Source of the DNA: Chlorokybus atmophyticus
Lineage: Eukaryota; Plantae; Mesostigma and Chlorokybus algae
Direction: 5' to 3'
Assembly: GCA_009103225.1 (NCBI GenBank)
Contig: RHPI01002119.1
Span: 124,001-188,000, forward strand
DNA length: 64,000 bases
Shown here: positions 35,763 to 49,426 of the stretch, in pieces
Layout: the number at the start of each line of letters is the position of its first letter
Numbering within the stretch: the first letter of the stretch is position 1
The notes under the pieces: generated by a model
Database searches by the model: none
What the model was told of the DNA's origin: nothing
What the model saw: the letters and a program-made list of their open reading frames with translations, nothing else
Translations under genes and position numbers: made by a program

Positions 35763-37291
35763 AGGTGCTGATCGCCTTTGCTGATTGCATTTGGCCCAGC
35801 ACAAGGCTGGTGTGCACGTTCGGTTCGCGCTGGCTCGCAAGCAGCCCGCCACAGCGTTGGATGCAATTCAGGGCATGCAGCCAGGCTACTCGTGTTGCGT
35901 GCGGAGGCGGCATGTGTGTTGGCATTGGCAAATGGCACAGATGGGCACTAGCTTGCTTAGGTGACACGCAGAAGTAACGCTTGCACTGTACAGTGCACCA
36001 AGTTGTGGTAATCAATAAGTTGTCAGAAAGGGGGTTGGATGTCATCAATGTGCCATTGTGGTATCCGTGCTGACACAAGTCATTAATGTTGCACTATGTC
36101 AAAGCTGGAAGCGTGGAGGAAGCTGTCATTTGTGGAAATGGCAGTTAGTTATCCATGGCAGAGATGTGTGTCTATCTATTGATAGTGCCAGGATGCATGT
36201 TACACCAGTAGTTTCAACTCCATCCGCCATTCAAAGCACCATGCTGGCATGCTGAACATTTACAGCAACTGATATTGATGCGATGAGATCAGCAAGCACA
36301 GCTTATGTGGGCAGGTGATGACATTGGTGTGCACGTGCATGCATGTCTAATGGGGAAGGCTAGTTGGTGTAGAGTAGCGAAGCCCGGTGGTAACACGGTG
36401 ATGTATACAAGTGTTGAGTGAAATGCTTGAGTGATGTGCATATTGCATGCATGTGCACAACAGCACGTCATATATATCCTGTACAACAACAGCCTGGCAT
36501 GACACGCCTGGTGACAGTGCAAGCAATCAAGATACCTTAACAATAAAGGTAGTCAGGTGAGAGTGCATGCAGTCAAGCTATATCAAGACACTGTAGTGAC
36601 TGTACTGACACTCAAGTACAGTACCATTATACATCCAAAGAGTGGCATTACAAAAAGTGCGCTGGGGGCAAAGCTCTCAGGCTGCCCTACTGCACCACAC
36701 CATGACACCTTGCATGCTTCCAATCTAGCATGCTATCGCTTGTACACATGCCTGATATAACAGATAGAACGCGCCTGCAATTACCACCGCATGAAGCAAA
36801 GGCATGATTGTTTATCATACAACCCATTGCGAAATGCATGCAGATCATGTTATACGTGCACAAACGAGCAGCATAGCAGCTTCTACCCTCTGCCAAATAC
36901 TCACAACGGCAACAGCTGCCCGATCATTATGCTTGCAAAGATCATGCAGTACAGCCTTGCCAGAAAGCCAGTTTTAACAAAAATATTACATACACGCACA
37001 CTGACTGCCATGATTTGAACAGAAGTACTGTCTTGCAACGGTGACACAGTGTAAGTACACTGCACGTCTGTATAGTTGTCAGCAAGTTGGCTGCTACTTA
37101 TTACATATTGTTGACATATTACTGTATTGGTAACTTATTGAATATTATATACAGGCTGCCAGCATGATGTACATGACCCAATTGTAGTTGACTGAGTTTC
37201 TGGGCTGATGGGTGGTGTCAAAAACACCATTAGTTGTGAAGGGCAGCTCCAAGAGTCGTTGCAGCAGCGCAGTCAGCTACGAACAGCAGAT

Positions 37292-37804
37292 TTATTCCTT
37301 CTCGCCCTTCTTGCCTTCGCCACCAGCCTTGGCAGTCTTCTTAGGCAGCAGGACAGAATGGATGTTGGGCAACACACCACCAGCAGCAATGGTCACCTGT
37401 TCGCGCAGAGACGAGGTTAACAAACAGGAAGAGATGTCACAGCATGCCGTGACATTAGCATGCTATAGCCAGACAGAGATAAAGCAAGTTAGGGTTATGT
37501 GGTGGCTGACCTGGCCAAGCAGCTTGCTGAGCTCCTCGTCGTTGCGGACGGCAAGCTGGATGTGGCGGGGTACAATGCGGGTCTTCTTGTTGTCACGGGA
37601 GGCGTTGCCAGCGAGCTCGAGCACCTCAGCGGCGAGGTACTCCAGGACGGCGGCGAGGTAGACGGGGGCGCCAGCGCCCACACGGGTGGCATACTTGCCC
37701 GCCTTCAGGTAGCGGGCAATGCGCCCCACCGGGAACTGCAGCCCCGCCTTGGCACTGCGAGACACAGCCTTCTTTGCCGTCTTGCCCTTACCACGCCCCG
37801 ACAT
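37292..37804 (-). CDS. H2A: Histone H2A, canonical type, single intron 37397-37510
   Basis: [34 protein letters not shown]...[46 protein letters not shown]. No SQEF (H2A.X) or KSPKK (H2A.W) tail. A TATA-like run and CCAAT words lie upstream. Confidence 0.98.
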
Positions 37805-38185
37805 CTTGACAAACAACCTCAACAAAGAGCAGTACAACCTCAAACACACCCCCGCCAATGATGTAAAACAGAATGCAAACTGTTGGCGGATGAATTGTCT
37901 GTGGCTCGCGCACCAGTATATATATATTCACACCGGTCACGCGCTCGTAATATTCAACCGGACTGCTCGAGTTCAGGCCAATCGCAGCTTCGCGTGTCTG
38001 CTGCGAGCGGCTCGAGACGCAAAACATTCAAAACGTTCTGAAAATAAGGCGCGCGAGTTGATTACTGTTCGGGGTTGACGAGCCCAGATCTTTAGATCTG
38101 GTTCCTGGTCTCGTCTCGATATCGAAGTGAAGTCAAGCGTGTGACTGATTGTGCGATATCTATTACGCAGACGGTTAGGGCGGCA

Positions 38186-38194
38186 AAACCCTAA
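38186..38194 (+). promoter_or_regulatory. Telo-box upstream of CCT1
   Basis: AAACCCTAA about 95 bp before the CCT1 ATG. Telo-boxes are known in plant translation and growth genes. Confidence 0.55.
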
Positions 38195-38288
38195 CAGGGA
38201 CAGGCGCGGCGGCGGCGGCGGCGGCGGTGTTGTCAGTGCTGGTGTCCGGGTCCGTCGTGCACTAGGTGCGGTTGACAGGCTGGTCACC

Positions 38289-41200
38289 ATGGCTGTTGAG
38301 CACGCTTTGCAGATTTCTGGCGAGCGGGCGTCTGGGCAGGACGTCCGGACTCAGAATGGTAATGTGCTTGTGTGCACCCTCGATTGCGCATTGCTTCATG
38401 TTGCTGCTTTATGCAGCGGCTTGCTTGCATGGCTGTTGCACAGTCAGTTGGTTTGCCTAAAAGTGCGATGCACTTGGCCAGAACTTGTTGTGTTGATGCG
38501 CTTGTGTGGGGCTGCAGTCATGGCAGTTGCAGCCGTGGCCAACATTGTAAAGAGCTCTCTAGGACCAGTTGGACTAGACAAGGTGAGTTTGTCTCACAGA
38601 ACACGCAGTTGCGGTTGATGTTGCATGCATTATTGCGCATGCTTGTCAGTTGTTCACCGTCGTCTGCAGATGCTCGTTGATGATATTGGCGACGTCACAA
38701 TCACAAACGATGGTGCTACCATACTAAAACAACTCGAGGTTGAGCATCCAGCCGCCAAGGTAACATGTGCATACTTACAGCAGATATGTAGCTTACATGC
38801 ATGCTCACGAAGAGACCACAGCACTACAGCACGTGATGGATGCGCCATCATCTTACTGATCGTAAACCCGCACTTGAGAACTAGACAGCAAGAACGGCAT
38901 GCAAGCTGGCGTGCTTGGGTGACAGGTGCTTGTTGAGCTGGCAGAACTGCAAGATCATGAAGTTGGTGATGGCACGACGTCCGTTGTGATTGTTGCTGCG
39001 GAGCTTCTTCGGGTGCGTGCATGCGTGCATGCGGGCTTAGTAGCTTGCTGTGTGTGCACTGCACACCAGTGCTGAAGCTCTACTGACTCTCTTGATGCTG
39101 CATACAGAGAGCGAATGAGCTGGTGCGCAACAAAATACATCCAACATCCATCATCAGCGGTTACAGGGTACATTTGGCAGTATGCGAGAAAATGGCAGTC
39201 GTGGTTGCATGCACGCTTGTCCTGACTGCATCAGGTTGCAGTCAGGAAAGTTACATGGCAGTCACATTGCGTCTATCAAATCCTTGGGACCGATATTCAT
39301 GGTTCGGAGGGCTTGCAAACGCTAGAGCATTGGACTCTTTCTAAGAGCGCGATCCTCATGCACATAGGTGTCGCGTTACCGTTGGGAGAGCACATGTGTG
39401 TTGCAAATACATATAACATGCTGTAGTTGTAACCTTTTTTTGCAACCTGATCATGCTGGTTACGTCATTTGCAGCTGGCTATGCGCGAGGCGTGTAAATA
39501 CATTGAGGAGAAGATGGCTGTTAAGGTAATAATGTGCTTGCATGCACATTGACTCACCATTCTCTGCGCCATGACGTGCGTAGCAGTCCCCAGCCGCAAG
39601 TGCATTTACCGTAATCTGTGTTCACTCTCAGGTGGACTCATTACCAAAGAATGCCTTGCAAAACGCTGCCAAGACTTCCATGTCTTCAAAGATTATTGGT
39701 TCAGACGCGGAGTTTTTCTCGGCGATGGCAGTCGAGGCAATGCTTGCAGTCAAAACCGCCAACAGTCAGGGTGTTGCCAAGTATCCAGTCAAGGTCAGGC
39801 ATGCAACTTAGTAGCCCGCACCGACATGGACATCAAGTTTACGCCTTCTGACTGATGTGTTTGCATGCAGGCTGTCAATATCCTCAAAGCGCATGGTCAG
39901 AGCGCGCACGAGAGCCAGCTCATTGCCGGGTATGCCTTGAATGTGACGAGGGCCGCGCAAGGTATGCCGAAGCGCATCACAGGCGTCCGCATTGCCTGCC
40001 TGGACTTCAACTTGCAGAAAGCCAAGATGCAGATGGGCGTGCAAGTGCTCGTTAATGATCCCAAGGAGCTGGAGAAGATTCGGCAAAGGTAAACAGACGC
40101 AAAGCATGGTGCTTGATTGCTCGCACGTTGTTTGTGACCTGAACAACAAGCTGGTTTGATCAAAGCTTGACATGTCCATCTTACTTGAAGCATGTCGCCT
40201 AATCACAGGGAGTCAGACATCACCAAGGAGCGCATAAACATGATTTTGAAGTCAGGCGCCAATGTAATTCTCACAACCAAGGGGATTGATGACATGTCGT
40301 TGAAGGTATGCCATGGTTGACAGCAGATGGTGTCGTAGTATTATGTAATGAATGTTTCAGCATGCACAGTACGTGAAGTTGTCAACTTGATGTGCTGTGC
40401 ATGTCCTCACCCGCTTGTGTACAATTATCTTTCGGCCAAGCAGCAGCTAAGCTACTTGCAATGTGGCATGCATGCAGTATTTTGTGGAAGCTGGCGCCAT
40501 CGCTGCTCGGAGAGTGAACAAGGATGACATGCGCCGCATTGCCAAAGCAACCGGCGCCACCATCGTACGTGTGGCTGCTGGTAGAGTGTTACTGCATGGT
40601 CATGCTTCTTGTTACTAACCAGCAAGCCATGTTTCTTATTTGCTTGCCATCCTGCAAGGCAAGTCCGCTCACGTCTTTAACGCGCAGTTGCTATCGTTTG
40701 CCGACATGGAAGGCGCAGAGAGTTTTGACAGCAGCATGTTGGGCTCCGCTGACGAGTGCGTAGAGGAGCGCGTTGCAGACGATGAAGTTCTTATGATCAA
40801 GGGTTGCAAAAACACGCAAGCGGTGAGTTCGCCTTATCATCTTCGGGATGAGCAATGACTGAATTGAGCAGCAGTTGACCACAAGCATGCTTGGCAGATG
40901 TCGATTCTATTGCGCGGAGCCAATGATTACATGTTGGACGAGATGGAGCGTTCATTGCATGATGCGCTGTGCATTGTAAAGAGGACTTTGGAGTCTGGCA
41001 AGGTAGTTCCAGGCGGTGGTGCTGTTGAGGCAGGCCTGTCCGTGTATCTTGAAACGCTGGCAACTACCCTGGGCTCAAGAGAACAGCTGGCTATAGTGGA
41101 GTTTGCTGAAGCCCTGCTTGTCATTCCCAAAGTGTTGGTAAGACCACTGCCAATACCACAACACAGCACCCGCACAGCATACCTTGCCACTGTCATGTGC

Positions 41201-41559
41201 TTGATGGCGCTGTGTGTTTAGTGTATTTAGTTGGTGTCTGGTGTCAGCGTGGCCTATCCTCATCTGCTCCTGTTTTGCAGGCTGTAAATGCTGCAAAAGA
41301 CGCAACAGAGTTGGTGGCCAAGCTGCGAGCATATCACCACGCTGCGCAAACCAAGCCTGATAAGGCGCACTTGGCCGCTTATGGGTTGGATCTGGTGGAG
41401 GGTGTGCTGCGCAATAGCATCGAGGCCGGCGTCATTGAACCTGCACTAAACAAGCTGAAGATCATCCAGTTTGCTACAGAGGCTGCGATCACCATATTGA
41501 GGATAGATGACATGATCACTTTACAGAAGGAGGAAGAACCAATGGGCGACCATCATTAG
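38289..41559 (+). CDS. CCT1: T-complex protein 1 subunit alpha (CCT-alpha), multi-exon
   Basis: [144 protein letters not shown]. Confidence 0.97.
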
Positions 41560-42531
41560 TGTATCTCTTGTGATGTCTGTGTATTGTACGCGTGGAGTTG
41601 ATGACGTTGCGTGCACTGTTGGTGCACTCGCCAGTCCCTTCATGTGTCTTGATTGTCATGCAGTATAAGCAAGATCAAACATCACATATGATGACACAAG
41701 TATGCATGCTGTTGGAACTGGCATGAGTGCATGTGTGCGGCATAGCAACATGATGGAACAGAGTGCGCATGCAATGATATGCTAGCATGCGTAGCTACCT
41801 ACCCAGTACGCACGCTGCCTGGAAGCTGGTGGAGACGGCCTACGGACGTTATTCCCTTGCTAGTGCGCGGCCCCTGCGGCCACCCCATATTCCGATATGG
41901 GGCTTGCATTAGTATGTGAGACACGCACACATGCACGCTGCTGACATGCATGCGGTTGTGGTATGTATGGGTGTAGATGCAGCGCTTGGCTGGGAGCGCT
42001 AGTATGTGTAGGGCACGTGGTTGCATAGTACACAACAGATGGGTTGGGGCCAATCAGTCAAGCAAGCAAGCACAACACATCAAAGCTCGATAACACAGCA
42101 TAAGCAAGGCAAAAACAACGGGGTGGGGGGCCCTTCTAAGCTATAGCTCAGTGCACTAGCTATAGACCGGGGGGGGAGTGTGGGCAGAGGGAAGGGGGAA
42201 GGTGCAGCAGCAAGCAGCAAAGGAAGCACCTGCAGAGCACCGCGCGGGGGGGGGGGGGGGGGGGNCGCCGCCGCCACTCACGACGACGACGACCGTGGCG
42301 ACTGCTAATACCCTTGAGGGTTAGAGCGGCTGCCCGCGCTCTCATCCCCTGCACGTCAGTCACTCACAACAGGATAAGTAGTTAAAATGCGCCTCAAGAA
42401 TTCAGCAGGGCCGCGCACAGAAGGGCATTTTTGCAGGGCACATGAAATTGCTGCGAGCTGTGCATTGACTCGAAACATATGCGGGCAGCAAATTTGCTCC
42501 CCACATTCACTTATCCAACAATTACCCAATC

Positions 42532-45389
42532 TTACCTGTTGTTGTTGTCATATTCAGCTTGTTGGAATGTTGGCTGACATCCGTCACCCTGTGGTCCGGA
42601 TTGCTGCCTTCTCCAACCTGTGCACCACCATGTTGTACGCTGCTTATAGTCCGTGTCGTATGCCATGCCTTGCATACTCCATAGCTTCCCACGCAACCTT
42701 CGCAACAACTGCCTCTTGGTATGGCCATCTCGAATCATGTCCCCAAACAACAGCACCATCTCTACTAAAAAATGCGAGCGGTATGTACAAATGCGTAAGA
42801 AGCCAACTTGGATCATTGAATGCCGTAACAATCGGGGCCCGATCACTAGGCTATGGTAGTAAAAGACACTACCATGAGTGAGGTCTGTCACTATTAATCC
42901 CAATTCGTGACATTCCTCCCTAATCTAACCCATGAGTTCCTCATAATCCAATAAGGCACTAGCCCACGTCGCCGTATTCGCGGCCGTACCACGATCGGTC
43001 TGCCCGCGGCCTGTTGGATCCGGCCCACGAACGATCCTGACCGACTGAACGGCCATCCTCACCGCGCGACCTGCCATCGCAGCGCGACCCCTCACGCGGC
43101 CTTAGGTTGAACTGGCTCGGCGCGCAGGTCGTGATTCCGCGCCCAGCCTAGGGCAAGCCGCCCCAAACATTTTTATTTTTGCCTTGAATCTGCCTTAGTC
43201 CCCTATGGGAATTGAACCTGAGACGTCAAGCTCCGTTACCATTGTTACAATTGGGGCCCAACCACTAGGCTATAGTAGTAAAAGACACTACCACTCATGT
43301 TTCGTTGTTCGTGCAATGTTGGAATCAGGGTGAGATGCCCTTCGCACAGGGATGTCTACATAGGCCACGTCACGTCTTGTTGTACACCATTGTGCAAAGG
43401 CCTATGTCCTTGGTTTAAGGGACGCATAAATCCAAGAAAGGCACGGCAGCACCAATAGCAGACTGAACACCAATGAGCATTGCCTGTGAGTAAATGCCCC
43501 CTGCTAGCGCTGTGGGTAACAAGTACAATGCCTGCCAGAACTCAGGCAACCCAACCATAAATAGATCATCCTCATAGCGCAGAATGCATAGAGCAAAGCG
43601 TTGCAACAGCACTTAGTTTTCATATGCCTTTAATCTTTTGATGAAGTCCAGCTCGTAAGTAAAAAGCGTGTTGTTGACTAAGTAAACCCCTGCTAGATTC
43701 CTCATATGAATTCTAATCTGTTGTCTGTACACGATGTCTGCACTTGTTGGCCACCAGAAACTCCAGCATGTCATGTTACTGCACAGCAGTGAAAGTGCGT
43801 ATTGTGCCCTCTGTGTAAGTGACAGTACTGCCACAACTTGTGTGAAACCCATTTGTGGTTGACTTCTCCTTGAAAACATTGATGTGGAGGTGTGTCGCTC
43901 TATGGAGAGAGTGCCCCTTGGCAAACACTTCGTCCACTAGGCTACACATACGGTCGGAGAGGTCTTGCTACTGTATTTTGGTGTAAAGTGTGGTGAAATC
44001 GAAAGCGTGCAAGGTGAGAGGTTGTTGCTTGTCGGTGCGTTGTGACCTCGTGGTGTCGATGTGATGCTGCAGCCTTTTAAACGGTTAATTCAACTAGCTT
44101 TTGCTGCTGGTAGGCCTACAGCATGTTGCCACAAGACATTAACGACGTCAGCCATAGCATTGTAAACCCTCGTCATCCAGTCACTAGCATCCGTCAAAGT
44201 GGTTCTGTAGGCTGCTGCAATGAAGCGAGGTGCTGGTGGCGTCTTGTGTAACTTGATGGTCAGGTATAAATGAGGTGGACGCACAACCAATCCAAATGAT
44301 GAAGTCACCAAGTCATGCTGAGAGTTGTACACTGCGTGGCGTAGAACAATGTCCTGCCAGCTGTCACTTTGGAGCTAGTAAGTATCAGTTTGCAATTCTG
44401 CACGCATGAGCTTCAAATAAAAAGCCTTGCACACAACAACAAAAGTGCCAGCACACTTATCTACTTCCGTGATAATAAAGTGGCGTTGTAGCTCTTTTAC
44501 TTTAGCTTGAGCTACAGTATCCATTTTGTAAGCCTGTAGACTGCACCCAAGGCTGCAACACGTCCTGGCTGTCGTTGTTTATGTTCTTAAGCTTCTGCAA
44601 ATTCCTGTATGCCGATATGTACTGCTGGCATACACACGGACACATTTGCTTTCACCGGCGCGCGAAACTTAGTACCGCAATTAAGCAACGTGTGCAAGAT
44701 GTGCGAACCAGCAATGCCATAATCGCACGACACGACATGCTGCTATGTCGGGTGCACCAGCTCAGAGTATGGGTGTGTACTGCAAGCACGTTCAAACTCA
44801 TCTTGCTGTTGGTTTGTTGTTGTCGTTGCCAGTGACGAACGGTTGCACATGGACTTTTTCAAAGTGGCGACAAACTTCCATATCACCCGCGGGTCTTTCC
44901 AAGTTCACTGCAATGGTTGTGGGATAGTGGCCCGCACCTGTTCAGCTGCCAGAGCCATTTGCAAACACATAGAATCTGCAGCTTGGTTAGGAAATGCACA
45001 AGTCACCAGCAGTTGTGCACCCCTTTGTCGTGCATCTGGGTGTGCACTGCACTTGTCACCCGAGCTAGGGCTCCTATGTCCTTGGCTTTCTGTGGCGTGA
45101 GGTTAATGTCCTCTGGTTTCGATTTTCGTAGTAGCTCCACATGCAAGCACTCGCTGGCACGCATGTTGTCTGTACTACGGCAAAGAATGTGGAGACAGGA
45201 CCTGTCCTTGTATGACACTTGCCCACGAAGGTCGTACCTGATGCTGATGGCGCTGCTGGGACAACGACAGCACGTGCATGGGGAGCAGTCTCTCTGCCCA
45301 TGCCGGGAATGACAGGGCGCACACTGACACTGCATGCCACCATCACGCCATGACAGCAGCGACACAGTGCATGTCAAAACTGCAGACAC
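42532..45389 (-). mobile_element. Degenerate Penelope-like retroelement (reverse transcriptase with stops and frameshifts; probable Naiad/Chlamys type)
   Basis: Minus-strand frames contain FPNQAADSMCL..V..TIP, PRVIWKFVATL..CN, QHVVSCD..LLNCGTKFR, EVDKCAGTFVVVCKAFY, PHLYLTIKLHKTPPAPRFI, HAFDFTTLYT, YRQQIRIHM..LVNNTLFTYE, RYEDD, PFLDL, HPDSNI, FLRICTYRSHF. These follow the order of PLE RT motifs. Boundaries are approximate. Confidence 0.82.
42825..43293 (-). mobile_element. tRNA-derived (Pol III A/B box) insertion with 50-bp terminal direct repeats, nested in the PLE; SINE- or TRIM-like
   Basis: Direct repeats 42825-42874 and 43244-43293 (45/50 identical). Minus-strand A box TAGCCTAGTGG (43272-43262) and B box GGTTCAATTCC (43218-43208). 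It interrupts the PLE frame between HPDSNIARTTKH and FLRIC. Confidence 0.65.
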
Positions 45390-46767
45390 CTTTGCACGAC
45401 TGTGCCTCTGACCAAGCGAACGAGCTGCGACTTCTGGCGAACAGGGTTGGGGACAGAGCTAACGAGAGGATGGTGGCGGAGAGGAAGGAGGGAAAGGCGG
45501 GAAAAGTCCTGTTGGGCTGCATGTGCGTGGACAACTGAGCTTGAAGCTGCAAGACTGATGTTAAGCGCCTTGTGTACAGGTATCGCAATGAGTTTGTTGC
45601 TCAGTTGAAGGGGATGTGCATGCTAGGGGTAGATACATCAGATGAAAGAGCATATAGCCGGGTGGTGATAATGCTGAGTTGTTGTGGCTGTGGATGGATT
45701 GCGCTGGTGCAGGTGGCTGTAACAGAGTGCGCATATAAGCATATTATGTACAGGATATACTGCCGGTAGTGTGTGATGGTGTACCCCGTACACAATGCTG
45801 CAGCTTGCAAGACAACCATGAGCAAAGCCCTGCATACAAGAACACATGATGACGCTGGTGCAAGTAACTACACTTGCAACGCATGCATGCCTGACTAACA
45901 AGGGGGCGTAGACGTAGAGGTAGGCGTAGAAGTAGAGTAGGTAACCCGGTGGTCGTGTACAACATCATATTGCCATTGTCACCAACCACACAATGCGTGC
46001 TTGCATTCCAAGTCTGCAATCCATCAAGTACAATAAACAACAAGCAAACAAGCAAGTTGCTGTCACGGGTTGGCCCAAACCCTACACATAACAAGCAATG
46101 AACAACATCACCATGAACTAGGCGAGCTTGCAGCCCACCACCATAGTCACAATCCGCACCTGTGCCAAGCAACGCCACAGTGAGACAGCTGCCATGTGGG
46201 CAACTGTTCAGTGCAGCCGCTACGTGGTTAGGGTTGCGTAATAACGCCTGCCAAATATGGAACGACTGCACAGTGGCTGTTAAGGTACTGAAGGCAAAAA
46301 CTCAGAGTGGCTGTCAAGATACTTAAGGCAAAAACTCAGAGTAACACAATTGTCACCATAGGTGGTGTTTACGTAAACACCATATTTAGCAACGAGGTCA
46401 GCGTGTTGATGAAGTGTGTGGCGTGCGTGGTGTCATCTGAAAGGGCATTTGCCGTGCGCATCTACTGTGCAATGATGGCAATGTCACTGTATGCACAAAA
46501 AGCAATGCACAGAGTGTGCTCAGATGGGCAGGCTGCATCCATGAATCATCGCAAATGACACACCACTTGCGTTCTTTGGTTATAGCCCTGCACTGGTGAC
46601 AGCCAAGTCAAAGCTTGTAGATATGGTAGCGAGCGAGGTGCACAGGTTGACTGAACTAACTCGACTGGACACCTGTGAGGCTGCACTTTTTGCTTCGAGT
46701 CACTCTTGTTTTGCCATGCATTCGCGTACAAACCCAAGTGCATCACAGGCATTTACCCCAACACCAA

Positions 46768-49234
46768 TTACAGCCGATCTTCATCAACCACGGATTTCCT
46801 CCTGGGTGGACGTGAGGAAGGGTAATAAGCTTCATCAGCACGCTCTCCATACGCTGCACTGCGCTGCGCTGTCGGCCGAGGTCTCGCTGTTGAGCTTTCC
46901 TGTCTGGGTCGCGCGGTGGAGTTGACCGCGCCGTCCATGCCTGGACTTGTTGTGTCTCTTCTCGCACCACCGACAAACCGAGGCTCACTTGTGGATGCAT
47001 CAGCGTTCATGCGGGAGGCGCTTGCACCTGCCCGGGAAGACGAGCGCACTGTAGTCTCCACGCCCACAAGCTCCCTTCCACCGCCAGATCCTCCCTCCAC
47101 CTTGAGCCACTGCTCGTAGCGCTGGATGCGGTCCATCGCTGAAGTTGAGGCTGATGATGATGCCTGTTGATACTGCTGCTGCTGATACCGCTCAGGTGGT
47201 GGTGCAGGTTCAGCCTCCTGCTGTTGTTGTTGTTGCTGTTGTTGTTGTTGCCTGTAAGAAGGAGGCCTGTAACGAGTTCGTGAGATGTATTGCGGCTGCT
47301 GGGTAGACGCGCCGGCACTTCTCCTTTGCGGTTCATTGACAATCGGAGCCTCATCTCGGTAAAACTCATCATCATTGCTGGCGTATGCACGCTGCGGCCG
47401 CTTTGCATCGCGCCTGCGCTCCGCATATCGTGGTGACGCCTCCTGTCCGCTGCGGTACCGATCTTCAAAGTCCTCATCGCTGTACACATCATAGCCCATC
47501 TCTTCGAACTCGTCCTTCCAGGGCGGAGAAACCAGCGCCAGCTTCTCCAGCACTCCCTGTGTTGGATTACAACTTGTGTTGATAATACAATGAAGCCGGT
47601 TAACATTGGATGTTGGCTATGGTCAGCAAGGGTAAATAGGACAACACATTTGGACAATACCGTTGACAGCTGTTGAACGCGATCTGGTGCGGTGTCCAGC
47701 ACGATGATGCGGTCCAATCCAGCACTCACAACCTCCTCAGTGCTAAGTGCGTAGGTGCTGAGCTGCAGCACGAAGCAGAGAAAGGGTCTCAATTCCAATA
47801 TAACACGACAACTGACTGTTGGTAATATTACACCACAGCATACTGTCAGTAGCATTACCACGGCGGATGGCACAGCGGGAACGCCCAAGTTGTCAAAAAC
47901 GATGCGGGTCACTGAACCATTGTCCGGGTTGAAGTCAAAATCTCGAATCTGGAGGATATGTACTGTTTGTACGACATTGCAAAGAAATCTAGCGCACGTG
48001 CGCAAGGTCACACATACAACTGCAATAAACCAACCTTGCCCATGTATATACCACTCTCTGTCACAATTTCACTGCCTACCTGCACCGCAACAACGCGCGT
48101 GAGAGGCTGGCTGAGCAGCAGTACTTCTCATTTTTAAGACAAAACCTCACCAAAGTGCTGTAGCCATCAACGGAAAATTGCCATTCAATTGCATTGTCGT
48201 CATGAACCAGTACCACGTCGCCAACCTGCGAACCCGAACATAGAGGAGTCATGTGTGTACGTTCAGTGACATGCAACGTGCAAAATGCATGACTTGCCTG
48301 GCGCAAACTGCTGAGAAGTATCGACTCTTCCTCTCCGTAAAGCAACGCTTCTCGAATGTCGAGTGCAACCACCTCCCACTGACATATATTGTATTAACAA
48401 GCAAAACAGCGACCCGATTGAAACAATTTTGCACATTCAGAGTGATGTGTTGTGTGACAACACGCCGCTCACGGGTCATACCTGGTCCATGTCAACCCAC
48501 AGCTGCGATACGACGCCTAACACAGAGCCCAATGTCCGTGTGATTACCTGAACACAGACACTAGCGGGGGTAAGCTGCATGCAAGCCGCATCGCTTTGTA
48601 ATGTGAGAGCTCACATTCAGCTGCTCATGCATGTAACTTCAACAACAGATTGCTTAACCAGGAAATGATTGGAAGACAAACGGGCGAAGCTTTCAGGAAT
48701 CAGCAAGAAAATCACCCCACAGCATTAACTTGGATTGAGCATGCAAGTGTCGACTCAGAACACTCTGCATGTGTACCAATTGCAGTGTTTGCCGGTGTTA
48801 GGAGTTTGACCTTAGGTGTATGCATGCATACATGAATGCATGCGTAATTGCTTGCATGGATGCACCTGCTTTCCGACAAGGTCTTTGCGAGAGAGAACCA
48901 CCTCAGCTTCCTGCCTGGCGTTGCGACGAGGGATCGGCATGGGGGCGAGCGGCGATGGTTGTCTCACGGGCGGCGGCGTAGAGGAGGAGGAAGAGGCGGC
49001 GGCGGAGGAGGAGGTAGATGGGTAGGTGGATGAGGTGGATGAGGGCGGTTCAGCACGCTCCCGGCCACGGACGCCCCTTCCTCGGCCGGCGTCAAGCGCC
49101 AGAACCAGCCTCCGTCGTCCACCGGCGACATGTGTCTTAAGGGATGGCGCCAAAGAGGACCGTAACCTCACTGCTCCTAACCCTGACCAGGCCGCACCTG
49201 TCAAGGACGCCACCGCCGCCGCTGCCTCCGCCAT
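46768..49234 (-). CDS. Plastid-targeted PRC-barrel domain protein (cyanobacterial-type tandem PRC-barrel), multi-exon, with a low-complexity C-terminal tail
   Basis: Transit peptide, then SRKDLVGKQ/VITRTLGSVLGVVSQLWVDMDQ/WEVVALDIREALL..SSLRQ/VGDVVLVHDDNA..YSTL/VGSEIVTESGIYMGK/IRDFDFNPDNGSVTRIVFDNLGVPAVP../LSTYAL..VSAGLDRIIV. Confidence 0.85.
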
Positions 49235-49426
49235 GGCTTCACTAACTGACCAATGGCCCTCAACTTGGTTACCTACAGCAAAGATATCCGGTGTGACTGC
49301 ATATCAATGTAAGCCCGTGTATAAAGTTGCAGATATCACTACTCTACTGTGACTACGGAAACAACAAGGTTTGCTAAATACACATTGTCGACTTTGCCCT
49401 TCACAGCGGCGGCGGCGGCGAGGAGC

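Noticed and set aside
43190-43280. Functional tRNA gene
   Set aside because: A and B boxes are present, but the acceptor and anticodon stems pair poorly; treated as a tRNA-derived element head.
46272-46339. 34-bp unit repeated twice (similar short duplications at about 14085-14115 and 52903-52947)
   Set aside because: Two or three units with no spacers; ordinary slippage duplications, not CRISPR-like.
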